Positions 28,231-36,798 of a DNA stretch of 64,000 nt are shown here, one piece after another. Below the pieces are notes generated by a model, which worked only from the letters and a program-made list of their open reading frames with translations, searched no databases and was not told where the DNA came from. This DNA comes from Oscillospiraceae bacterium (GTDB taxonomy: Bacteria; Bacillota; Clostridia; Oscillospirales; QAMX01). Position 1 is the stretch's first letter; every line of letters starts with the position of its first letter. The translations under genes were made by a program, and so were the position numbers. The stretch is taken from contig SVLQ01000001.1 of NCBI GenBank assembly GCA_015067825.1, forward strand, positions 12,485 to 76,484, written 5' to 3'.

Positions 28231-29241
28231 ATGAAAAAAATCGCTTTTTTTGACACAAAACCTTACGACCGTGTTTGGTTCGAACGCTTGAATGCGGAAC
28301 TGAGTGAGCCCTTTGAGCTTGTCTGGTACGAGAGCCGCTTGCGCCCAGAGACGGCGTGTCTTGCCGAAGGCGCTGATGCGGTCTGCGCGTTTGTCAACGA
28401 CGATATTTCCGCATCGGTTGTCAACTTGCTGGCAGATTACGGTATTTCGATTCTGGCGATGCGGTGTGCCGGATTTTCCAACGTTGATCTCGATGCCGCC
28501 TGCGGCAAGCTGACGGTCGTCCGCGTTCCGGCCTATTCGCCCGATTCGATCGCCGAACACGCGGCCGCGTTGATGCTGGCCGTTGACCGCCGGATTCACC
28601 GCGCCTATGCGCGCACGCGGGACTATAACTTCAACATCGCTGGTCTGGAGGGGACAGTCTTGCGCGGGAAATGCGCCGGCATTGTCGGCATGGGACGGAT
28701 TGGGGTACAGTTTGCGAAACTATGTCAGGCATTTGGCATGCGCGTGCTCGCCTACGACCCTTACCCCACCGCGATGGACGGCGTCAATTTTGTGCCGCTT
28801 GCGGAGCTTTTATCGCAAAGTGATGTGATCAGCCTGCATTGCCCATTGACGAAAGAGACCTATCATCTGATCGACGCCGCCGCGCTGCAAACCGTCAAGC
28901 GTGGTGCGCTGCTGATCAATACCTCACGCGGTGCACTTGTCGACAGCAACGCCCTGATCGACGCCTTAAACGACGGGACTCTGCGCGGAGCCGGGCTGGA
29001 CGTTTACGAAGAGGAGGGGGATATTTTTTACGAAGACCTTTCCGATACGGTCGACCGCGACGAGCAGCTCTCCATCCTTGTCGCCAAGCCGAACGTCCTG
29101 CTGACGGCGCATCAGGCTTTTCTGACCGAAGAAGCGCTTGAAAGCATCGCTGCGACTACCCTCAAAAGCCTGACGGCGTTTTTTCACGGGGAGCATACCG
29201 ACTGCGAGGTCTGTGCGGCCGACCGAAAACGCAGCATTTGA
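28231..29241 (+). CDS. ldhA: D-lactate dehydrogenase (NAD-dependent 2-hydroxyacid dehydrogenase)
   Basis: ORF track 28183..29241; start moved to ATG 28231. Near-colinear with E. coli LdhA blocks: AVCAFVNDD, LRCAGFSNVDLDAA, VVRVPAYSPDSIAEHA, RRIHRAY, GxGxIG. Confidence 0.85.
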   Translation: MKKIAFFDTKPYDRVWFERLNAELSEPFELVWYESRLRPETACLAEGADAVCAFVNDDISASVVNLLADYGISILAMRCAGFSNVDLDAACGKLTVVRVPAYSPDSIAEHAAALMLAVDRRIHRAYARTRDYNFNIAGLEGTVLRGKCAGIVGMGRIGVQFAKLCQAFGMRVLAYDPYPTAMDGVNFVPLAELLSQSDVISLHCPLTKETYHLIDAAALQTVKRGALLINTSRGALVDSNALIDALNDGTLRGAGLDVYEEEGDIFYEDLSDTVDRDEQLSILVAKPNVLLTAHQAFLTEEALESIAATTLKSLTAFFHGEHTDCEVCAADRKRSI

Positions 29242-29298
29242 CAAGCTACGGTAACTGTGCTACACTTTCCTTACCGATTTGTTGGAGGGAAGGTTTGT

Positions 29299-30324
29299 AT
29301 GAAAATCGTTGTCCTTGCCGGTGGTCTCAGCCCGGAACGCGATGTTTCGCTTTCGTCGGGGGCACTGATCGCCAACGCTTTGATCGAAATGCACCACGAG
29401 GTAATGCTCTTGGATCTCTACCTCGGAGCAAAAAATCCGGATATTGCCCACGGATGGCAGAATTTGGCTACCGGGGTGCGCTTTTCTTATCAGATCCCAC
29501 CGAAGGAACCGGATCTCGCCGCTATCAAAGCCGCTTCCGGAAACGGCGAGATGCTGATTGGCGATGACGTGCTGACGCTTTGCCGGGAAGCTGATCTCGT
29601 ATTTCTGGCGCTGCACGGAGCGTCGGGCGAAAACGGCCAACTGCAGGCACTTCTCGATCTATATGCCGTTCCCTATACCGGATCGGGGTACGTCGGCAGT
29701 CTGCTCGCGATGGACAAAGATCTCTCCAAGCAGCTCATGCATGAACAGGGGATTCCGACGCCTTCGTGGCGGCGTGTCGAACTCGATCAGACTTCCGATT
29801 TTTCGTTCGTTCACTATCCCTGTGTGGTCAAACCTTGCAGCTGCGGTTCGTCCGTCGGGGTGACGATCGCCGAAAACGCTGCCGAATTTGCGGCTGCAAT
29901 CGAATACGCCAGACAATACGAATCGGCGGTTCTGATCGAAGAAAAAATCGTTGGCCGAGAATTCTCGATCGGTGTGCTCGACGGAAAAGCTCTTCCGGTC
30001 ATTGAGATCCGGCCTAAGAGCGGGTTTTACGACTACGCAAACAAATACCAAAAGGGCAGAGCCGACGAGATCTGTCCGGCGGAGATCGGGAACGAGATCC
30101 GCGAACTGCTGCAGACGAATGCCGTGCGCGTGCACAACGCGCTTCGGCTCGGCTTCTATTCCCGTATTGATTTTATCGTTGATGAAAGCGGGCAGGCATG
30201 GTGCCTTGAAGCCAATACGCTCCCGGGCATGACGCCGACGAGTCTGCTCCCGCAGGAAGCTTTGGCGGCCGGGATCGGCTACAACGAACTCTGCGATAAG
30301 ATCGCTCGCGGTGCTTTGCGGTAA
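29299..30324 (+). CDS. ddl: D-alanine--D-alanine ligase
   Basis: ORF track 29257..30324; start moved to ATG 29299 (MKIVVLAGG). GFYDYANKY omega-loop with Tyr; LEANTLPGMT. Confidence 0.9.
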   Translation: MKIVVLAGGLSPERDVSLSSGALIANALIEMHHEVMLLDLYLGAKNPDIAHGWQNLATGVRFSYQIPPKEPDLAAIKAASGNGEMLIGDDVLTLCREADLVFLALHGASGENGQLQALLDLYAVPYTGSGYVGSLLAMDKDLSKQLMHEQGIPTPSWRRVELDQTSDFSFVHYPCVVKPCSCGSSVGVTIAENAAEFAAAIEYARQYESAVLIEEKIVGREFSIGVLDGKALPVIEIRPKSGFYDYANKYQKGRADEICPAEIGNEIRELLQTNAVRVHNALRLGFYSRIDFIVDESGQAWCLEANTLPGMTPTSLLPQEALAAGIGYNELCDKIARGALR

Positions 30325-30336
30325 GGGGGGGACGGT

Positions 30337-30564
30337 ATGAATTGCCCATACTGTGAAAGCCCGATGCAAAAAGGATATATTCCCAATGGTGATCAGCCTG
30401 TGCAATGGATTCCCGAGGGAAAGAAACCGTCAAAATTTTCTTTCACGACTGCCGATGGTGCGATCCGACTGGAAAACCGATTTTCTCTGCTGAAAACCGG
30501 TGGTTATCGGGCGGATGCGTGGCATTGCCCGAGCTGCAAACTTGTGATCGCCAAAACCGAATAG
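30337..30564 (+). CDS. small zinc-ribbon protein
   Basis: CPYC ... CPSC pairs at both termini; 75 aa. Confidence 0.5.
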   Translation: MNCPYCESPMQKGYIPNGDQPVQWIPEGKKPSKFSFTTADGAIRLENRFSLLKTGGYRADAWHCPSCKLVIAKTE

Positions 30565-30566
30565 TT

Positions 30567-30606
30567 AAAAAACCGGAGGAAAACGAAAGTTTTCCTCCGG
30601 TTTTTC
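30567..30606. terminator. bidirectional terminator
   Basis: Stem AACCGGAGGAAAAC / GTTTTCCTCCGGTT, loop GAAA, flanked by A- and T-runs. Confidence 0.8.
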
Positions 30607-32621
30607 TATTTGCGTACGATAACGTGGTCAATTGTTTTTCCGGAAAGCGTCCGGACAGAGAGCTCGACGCTGTCGGTCGAGAATTTTGCCGTGGAACAGG
30701 TCGGGTCGGGCATTCCGTCGCTGTCGGTCCGCTCTTCTTCATAGGAACCGTATACGTAGTCCTGCCAAAATCCGCGGTCGTTGGTAAACATCCGGTGTCC
30801 GGCCGCGCCCATCGTCAAGTACAAAATTCCGTCTTCCGGTGCGACTGCCTTGTCCTCCCAAACGGATGCGCGGATATAAATGTGGCTATGGCCGGAGAAT
30901 ACGATGTCGACCCCACCACGTTCTAGGATCGGTGCGACCATCATGCGGTGTTTGAAGAAACCGCCCTGACCGGTGTACGGTGAGCAGTGTAGGAACACGA
31001 TCTTCCACTTGCTATGGCATTCCTGTAAGGCCTTGTCCAGACGATCCAGATATTGTGGGTAGAGATCGCCGGAAACAAGAGAAACGGCAAAAAACGTGTA
31101 ATTGCCAACGGTAAAGCTGTACGCAGCACCACCCAAACCGAGGTCGGCTCCCTCGGGCATTGCATGGCGACGGGCGAAGATATCGAAGAGATCGTAGTCG
31201 CTGTATTCGTGGTTGCCGACCGTGACCGCAACCGGCATTTTTTGGAAATGTTCACCGCAGGCGGTCAGGATCCGTTCGTATTCCACTGCGCTGTCGGGCG
31301 AATGCACGATGTCGCCGAGCGTCATCATAAAGCACGGCCACTTGATCTCGGCAGCTTCTTTTGCAAGAATCCGCTCCAAACGCTCGAAAAAGACCGGGCG
31401 ATTGCCGATCTGAACGTCCTCCAAAAACATCACGGAAAACTCATTGGGATCGGCAGGGAACGTGCGGAAGCTTTGGAGCGGGCCGTCGTTCAGGCGATAT
31501 TCGTAGGCTGTGTCGGGAGTCAGATCATAAAGGTAAAACTTGTGATAGCAAACCGCGATACGGCATCCGTCCTCGGTCTCATACCCGTGCTCGGTTACCG
31601 GTGCGACCGACAAAAACTCTGTGTCGGAGCCGAGCGGACGGTAGAAAAGTGTCGGCGAGCCTTCCGACGTCGCGCAGGAGAAAATTGCCGAGCGGGCGGG
31701 ATCGGATGCCATCGCCCAAATGAGGCGGGACGGTATTTCCGAAAGCACACTGCTTTGGCCGACCGGCATTTTGGGCGCAGGGAAATAGGTCAGAGACGCG
31801 GAAGGCTGCATGTCCTCGGAATTGTGTACGGAGGTATCGGGCTGATCGACGGAGACGGTGATATCGTAGAGCACCAAACGCCCGGTTTGCGCGCGGTTGC
31901 CGGGGCTACAGACGATACGGATGACGTCGTTGAGTGCGAGCGGGAGAACAACTTCGGCCGGTATTGCAAACTCGATGGTGCGGATATCGTCGAAATCGAG
32001 CAGAATCGTGTTGGACGAGTAGACTGTCGAATCATAGCCGTTGTTGAAGCGCACGGAAATCCTGTGATAAGAGCCGTCGCCTTTGAGCGTCATCCGCAGG
32101 CATCTGGCGCACGGGATGTTGATCGGCCGCGGATTGCCGAGCTTCAGCCGGGCTGTGTTTCCGAATTTTTTATCCCGGAAATCATAGGTGAGCGGCAGAC
32201 CTCCGTCAGATTCAAACGGGCCGACGGACTCGCCGTTGGGAAAACGGAATGTGGCGATGTCTTCAGAGCCGAGCGGAAAGAGCTTTTGTTCACGCGGCAA
32301 TTCGCGAGTTGCGGCCACGAATACCGGGATACGCGCATCCTGCCCGTGGGTAAAGCGGATCACCAAAACGGAAAAGCAGTCGGAAGGACAATCGGCAAAG
32401 ACCGACGGCGCAATTGTGAGCAGATCGCTTGCAAATTTGAGAAGCGAAAGGTCGACTTCCGCTTTGATATTCGCAGAGATGATCCAAGCACACAACGGCT
32501 GGTTTCCGCGCAAGGCAAGCGGCAGCGATAATTCTCGAGGATCGCATTGATACCAAATGAATTCGGTAGGTGCGGGAAGTGCATCGCGGTACAAAACGGA
32601 AACTTCGGAAAATTTTTTCAT
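30606..32621 (-). CDS. large cytoplasmic metallophosphoesterase (purple-acid-phosphatase-like) with ~330-aa N-terminal region of unknown fold
   Basis: ORF track 30606..32744; start moved to ATG 32621 after GGAGAGGAG. Motifs LGDIVH, VTVGNHEY, VFLHCSPY, SGHSHIY. No signal peptide. Confidence 0.65.
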   Translation of the reverse strand: MKKFSEVSVLYRDALPAPTEFIWYQCDPRELSLPLALRGNQPLCAWIISANIKAEVDLSLLKFASDLLTIAPSVFADCPSDCFSVLVIRFTHGQDARIPVFVAATRELPREQKLFPLGSEDIATFRFPNGESVGPFESDGGLPLTYDFRDKKFGNTARLKLGNPRPINIPCARCLRMTLKGDGSYHRISVRFNNGYDSTVYSSNTILLDFDDIRTIEFAIPAEVVLPLALNDVIRIVCSPGNRAQTGRLVLYDITVSVDQPDTSVHNSEDMQPSASLTYFPAPKMPVGQSSVLSEIPSRLIWAMASDPARSAIFSCATSEGSPTLFYRPLGSDTEFLSVAPVTEHGYETEDGCRIAVCYHKFYLYDLTPDTAYEYRLNDGPLQSFRTFPADPNEFSVMFLEDVQIGNRPVFFERLERILAKEAAEIKWPCFMMTLGDIVHSPDSAVEYERILTACGEHFQKMPVAVTVGNHEYSDYDLFDIFARRHAMPEGADLGLGGAAYSFTVGNYTFFAVSLVSGDLYPQYLDRLDKALQECHSKWKIVFLHCSPYTGQGGFFKHRMMVAPILERGGVDIVFSGHSHIYIRASVWEDKAVAPEDGILYLTMGAAGHRMFTNDRGFWQDYVYGSYEEERTDSDGMPDPTCSTAKFSTDSVELSVRTLSGKTIDHVIVRK

Positions 32622-32773
32622 GGTTTTGCTCCTCTCCGTCGGCGATCGGATTTGTGGAAAAATTATATCACAGCATCTATATGATTGCAAACTTTTTTCG
32701 GCTTGTTCGCATAAGTTTTGGTCGGTGTCAATATAATCTACCAAGCAAGAGTCGTTTGAAAGGATGAGAACCG

Positions 32774-34318
32774 ATGGAACTGAATTTGCATACGATCCCC
32801 ATCAGAGATACGGCGGTTTTGGCAAAGCTCATCTCGCCGGCAGAGGAAAGCGGTGATATCGTTGTCCCGGACAGCCTGCCCGATATCGTCCGCATCGTGG
32901 AAACAAATGCCCGCATTGAACTCCGGTCGAAAGAACTGCGCGGAGGCAAGCTGTATGCGGAAGCGAGTGCCGTAGTCCATGTGATTTACGTGCCGGAAAC
33001 CGGAGGCGGTCTTTGCCGCCTTGCCGTCACGCTGCCGTTTGCATCTGCCTTTGACCTGACAGATATGAACGATCCGACGATGCAGACAATCCTGACTGCC
33101 GAACTATCGGAGGCGAGTGCACGGGAATTGAACCCGCGCAAGATCACGGTGCGTGCAGCGGTTAATTTCCGCTGCACGGTCTATGCCGCGCGAGAAGTGT
33201 TTCTGCGGACAACGGTGGAAAGCAGCGCTGCCGAATGTCTGATCGAAACCCGCTGTGTGCGCCTGATCGACGGTATTTACGAAAAGGCACTGAGTATTTC
33301 TGATTCGGTCGAATTGCCGGCAGACTTGGTCGGAGAACCCGAAATTGTGAAATTTGAGACCGAAATTCACCTGACCGAGCGCAAACAGATCAAAAACAAA
33401 GTTGTTTTGAAAGGTGACATTGCTGTTTCGATGCTTCTGCTGCAGGATGACGAACATTGTCCGCTGCGGTCGGCTGAAGCTACGGTACCGTTTGCCGGTG
33501 TGATCGACTGTATCGGCGTCGAAGAAGAAACTTCGTTGGATATCCACTGTCTCTTGGCCAGGGCAGATCTGAAAATTGTGCGCGAGAGCGGGACGGATCG
33601 CCCTCTGTTGGCGGCAAAATGTGAGCTGCAGACTGTGATTGAAGCTTGGTCGGAACAGGAGCTTTCCTATGTTGCCGATGCCTACGGTGTACCGCAGCCG
33701 ATCTCCTGCGAGACCGAAGAGCTTACCTTTGCCGGGGCGGGAGAAGCAATCGAACTGCGGCAAAGCATTCGGGAGGCGATCAACTGCGGAATTAACATTC
33801 GCCGCATTTATTTGTGCGGTGTCGAGATCGAAAATGCCGTAATTTACGGCGGAGAAACCGGCTTGACTGCCGCAGCAGACGGTAAAATCAGCCTGACCTT
33901 GGAAGCCGAAGACGGCGGTATTTACGCTCTGACCAAATCCATAGCGCTTTCGCTGCCGATCGAAACGGAAGCTGCGGAAATTCTGTCCGTTGCGGCTGTC
34001 GACAAGAGCTATCATATCAGCGGTGGTGAAACCGTTGAGGTACGCTTTACCGCTGTTCTGCGGCTGCAATCCGGCGGAACGGAAACCATCCGGCAAATCT
34101 GCCGCATGGATACTTTGCCTGTTGAGACTTGTGATGCGCCCATCCCTGCGCTGACCATATGTGCTGCCAATCCCGGTGAAACGGTTTGGCAGCTGGGGAA
34201 ACGAATGAATGCGCGCTGTGCAGAAATCCACAGCGCCAATATGCTTACCGATGAAGTGCTGCCTGCCGACAGATTACTCTTAATTCCGCGGGCAGCGGGA
34301 GAGAAGGGGAGGAACTGA
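32774..34318 (+). CDS. DUF3794-repeat protein with C-terminal LysM domain (SipL/SpoVID-like coat morphogenetic protein)
   Basis: VVPDSLPDIVRIVE DUF3794-type block. C-terminal LysM-like ICAANPGETVWQLGKRMNARCAEIHSANML...ADRLLLIP. 514 aa; 2 nt upstream of spoIVA. Confidence 0.6.
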   Translation: MELNLHTIPIRDTAVLAKLISPAEESGDIVVPDSLPDIVRIVETNARIELRSKELRGGKLYAEASAVVHVIYVPETGGGLCRLAVTLPFASAFDLTDMNDPTMQTILTAELSEASARELNPRKITVRAAVNFRCTVYAAREVFLRTTVESSAAECLIETRCVRLIDGIYEKALSISDSVELPADLVGEPEIVKFETEIHLTERKQIKNKVVLKGDIAVSMLLLQDDEHCPLRSAEATVPFAGVIDCIGVEEETSLDIHCLLARADLKIVRESGTDRPLLAAKCELQTVIEAWSEQELSYVADAYGVPQPISCETEELTFAGAGEAIELRQSIREAINCGINIRRIYLCGVEIENAVIYGGETGLTAAADGKISLTLEAEDGGIYALTKSIALSLPIETEAAEILSVAAVDKSYHISGGETVEVRFTAVLRLQSGGTETIRQICRMDTLPVETCDAPIPALTICAANPGETVWQLGKRMNARCAEIHSANMLTDEVLPADRLLLIPRAAGEKGRN

Positions 34319-34320
34319 AT

Positions 34321-35796
34321 ATGGAAATGCAGCGTTTATACGCAGACATCAGCGAACGCACCGGCGGCAGTATCTATATCGGTGTAATCGGTCCGGTCCG
34401 AACCGGTAAATCGACATTTATCAAACGTTTTATGCAGGCATTTGTGGTGCCGAATATCGAAAATGAACACCAACGCGCTCGTGCTCTCGACGAGCTGCCA
34501 CAGAGCGGTGCGGGACGCACTGTGATGACCGCCGAACCGAAGTTTATCCCAGAAGAGGCTGTGGCGGTTTGCTTTGGCGAAAGCAGTGCGAAGATCCGCA
34601 TGGTCGACTGTGTCGGCTACATGGTTCCCGGGGCACTCGGACAGTTTGAGAACGAAATGCCGCGTATGGTAAGCACACCGTGGTTTGACCACGAAATCCC
34701 GATGACCGAAGCGGCGGAGATCGGAACCCGCAAGGTTATCACCGAACATGCCACCGTTGGCGTGATGGTAACGACCGACGGCTCGGTCACGGATCTTCCT
34801 CGTGAGGAATATGCCGAGGCAGAAGCGCGTGTGATCCGCGAACTGCAAGGCACCGGCAAACCGTTTGTTGTGGTTGTCAACTCCCGGGAACCCGATGGCG
34901 AAGCGGCCTGCGCCGTGGCAGAGATGCTGCGGAAAGAGTATGATGTGACGGCGATCACCGCCGACGTGATGCACATGGACGAGGCAGCAATCCGCGAATT
35001 GCTGCTTGGCATGCTCCGGGAATTTCCGTTGCGTAAAATCGATGTCTTTATGCCGGATTGGTGCGAGGCTCTCACGCCGGATCATTGGCTGAAGGATACG
35101 ATCTTCAAAGAAATTGCCGGTCATGCCGGCCAAGTCCGGCGAGTGCGCGACCTTGAGCTGCTGCGCGATCTGTTGAGAGACGTGGAATGTGTGGATACGT
35201 GCAGCTACCGGGAAATCCATTTAGGCGATGGATCGGCTTCATTGGAACTGGCGATCCCGCGCAGCTTTTTCTACGAGATCATCGGTGAAAAAACCGGGCT
35301 TTCGATCACAAGCGATTGCGAACTGTTGCCGATACTCGCGGATCTTTCCGCGGCGAAGGCTGCATATGAAAAATTTGCCGATGCTATCGCCGAAGTGGAA
35401 AGCAAGGGTTACGGGATTGTGACTCCGGAAATGGAGGAACTGACGCTTGAAACGCCGGAAATCGTTCAGCAGGGTGGTCAGTTCGGTGTTCGGCTGCGGG
35501 CCTCGGCGCCGTCGATCCATATGATCAAAGCCAATATCGAAACAACGGTATCTCCGATCGTCGGCAGTGAGAAGCAGTCGGAAGAACTGGTGGAGTACCT
35601 GCTGCGGGAATTTGAGGGCGACGAATCGCGGATCTGGAGCTCCAACATCTTCGGAAAATCGCTGCACGAACTGGTCAACGAGGGTTTGGCCGCAAAACTC
35701 GCCCATATGCCGGAGGCCGCACGCGCCAAGCTGCGTGAAACGCTCGAACGCATCATCAACGAGGGCAGCTCCGGCCTGATTTGTATCATTCTCTGA
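34321..35796 (+). CDS. spoIVA: stage IV sporulation protein A
   Basis: DISERTGGSIYIGVIGPVRTGKSTFIKRFM ... ELPQSGAGRTVMTAEPKF, near-identical in pattern to the B. subtilis SpoIVA N-terminus. Confidence 0.92.
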   Translation: MEMQRLYADISERTGGSIYIGVIGPVRTGKSTFIKRFMQAFVVPNIENEHQRARALDELPQSGAGRTVMTAEPKFIPEEAVAVCFGESSAKIRMVDCVGYMVPGALGQFENEMPRMVSTPWFDHEIPMTEAAEIGTRKVITEHATVGVMVTTDGSVTDLPREEYAEAEARVIRELQGTGKPFVVVVNSREPDGEAACAVAEMLRKEYDVTAITADVMHMDEAAIRELLLGMLREFPLRKIDVFMPDWCEALTPDHWLKDTIFKEIAGHAGQVRRVRDLELLRDLLRDVECVDTCSYREIHLGDGSASLELAIPRSFFYEIIGEKTGLSITSDCELLPILADLSAAKAAYEKFADAIAEVESKGYGIVTPEMEELTLETPEIVQQGGQFGVRLRASAPSIHMIKANIETTVSPIVGSEKQSEELVEYLLREFEGDESRIWSSNIFGKSLHELVNEGLAAKLAHMPEAARAKLRETLERIINEGSSGLICIIL

Positions 35797-35815
35797 CGAA
35801 ATTTCGGCATGCAAT

Positions 35816-35859
35816 CAAACAAACAGCCGTGCGGCATGGACCGTACGGCTGTTTGTTTG
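35816..35859 (+). terminator. terminator-like hairpin after spoIVA
   Basis: 15-bp stem CAAACAAACAGCCGT / ACGGCTGTTTGTTTG; the U-rich run is partly inside the 3' arm. Confidence 0.5.
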
Positions 35860-35937
35860 ATATCCGTTGCTTTGTGGAAACCGACGAGGAAACACCGACA
35901 AATGACGCAAAAAATCATGGAAATAGATAAAAGGTGG

Positions 35938-35966
35938 TTTACAAAAAATGTCGTATGTAGTATAAT
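35938..35966 (+). promoter_or_regulatory. candidate sigma-70 promoter of the hydrogenase sensory/regulatory module
   Basis: TTTACA (35938-43), 17 nt, TATAAT (35961-66). Confidence 0.5.
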
Positions 35967-36019
35967 GAAACCAGCCATATCTAAAACGGCTGAAAATCCA
36001 AATGACAGGGGAGACAGCG

Positions 36020-36376
36020 ATGACGATTGCAAAAGCGGCAGAGCTCCTGCAGGCTGAAATCATCTGCGGCGAGGAGCGTAAAAATGAGGAGATCATCTCC
36101 GCGTGCGGTGCGGATATGATGAGTGATGTACTGGCCTTTGTGAAAGACCATTCGCTTCTGCTGACCGGTCTGGTTAACACGCAGGTTGTGCGGACGGCGG
36201 AAATGATGGACATGCGCTGTATTGCGTTTGTCCGCGGGAAAGAACCTTCCGAGGAGATCGTCGAGCTTGCCAATGATTCGGGCATCGTTCTGATGAAAAC
36301 AAACTACCGAATGTATACCGCCTGCGGTATTCTGTATGCGGCGGGACTGCGTTCGGAGGGATGTGATCAGGTATGA
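36020..36376 (+). CDS. DRTGG domain protein
   Basis: ORF track 36002..36376; ATG 36020 follows a GGGGAG RBS. ~118 aa; LLLTGLVNTQVVRTAEMMDMRCIAFVRGK pattern. Confidence 0.55.
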   Translation: MTIAKAAELLQAEIICGEERKNEEIISACGADMMSDVLAFVKDHSLLLTGLVNTQVVRTAEMMDMRCIAFVRGKEPSEEIVELANDSGIVLMKTNYRMYTACGILYAAGLRSEGCDQV

Positions 36377-36798
36377 GTGAACCGATCCGCTATGTATTCC
36401 AGGTTGACGGTGACGATTTTATGTCTGCCGGTACAGCTTCGGCGGACGTCAAAAAGATTCTGCGTCAGCTCGGTTTTTCCAGTGACGTGATCCGCCGTAC
36501 GGCGATCGCCATGTACGAAGGCGAGATCAATATGGTCATCCATGCCCACGGCGGAGTCGCCGAAGTGGAGATCAGCGACGTCGGTGTCGATATCATCCTG
36601 CGCGACAAAGGTCCCGGTATCGAAAATATCGAGTTGGCGATGTCCGAAGGGTATTCGACCGCCAAGGACACGATCCGTGCGCTTGGCTTTGGCGCGGGCA
36701 TGGGTCTGCCGAATATGAAAAAATACACCGATGAAATGCACATCGAGACCGAACTCGGTGTCGGTACGACTGTATACATGAAGGTTCTCGCAAAATAA
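36373..36798 (+). CDS. SpoIIAB-like HATPase (anti-sigma-factor-type Ser/Thr kinase fold)
   Basis: ATGA overlap with the upstream gene. MYEGEINMVIHA (N-box-like), DKGPGI (G1), GFGAGMGLPNM (G2). Confidence 0.6.
   Translation: MSEPIRYVFQVDGDDFMSAGTASADVKKILRQLGFSSDVIRRTAIAMYEGEINMVIHAHGGVAEVEISDVGVDIILRDKGPGIENIELAMSEGYSTAKDTIRALGFGAGMGLPNMKKYTDEMHIETELGVGTTVYMKVLAK

Noticed and set aside
28231-30324. The adjacent D-lactate dehydrogenase and D-Ala ligase genes resemble a VanH/VanA-type (D-Ala-D-Lac) vancomycin-resistance pair.
   Set aside because: The ligase omega-loop reads GFYDYANKY with Tyr, as in D-Ala-D-Ala ligases. D-Ala-D-Lac ligases of the Leuconostoc/Lactobacillus type have Phe there, and VanA-type enzymes differ more. 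No vanX, vanY or vanRS genes are present. The dehydrogenase is colinear with fermentative LdhA.
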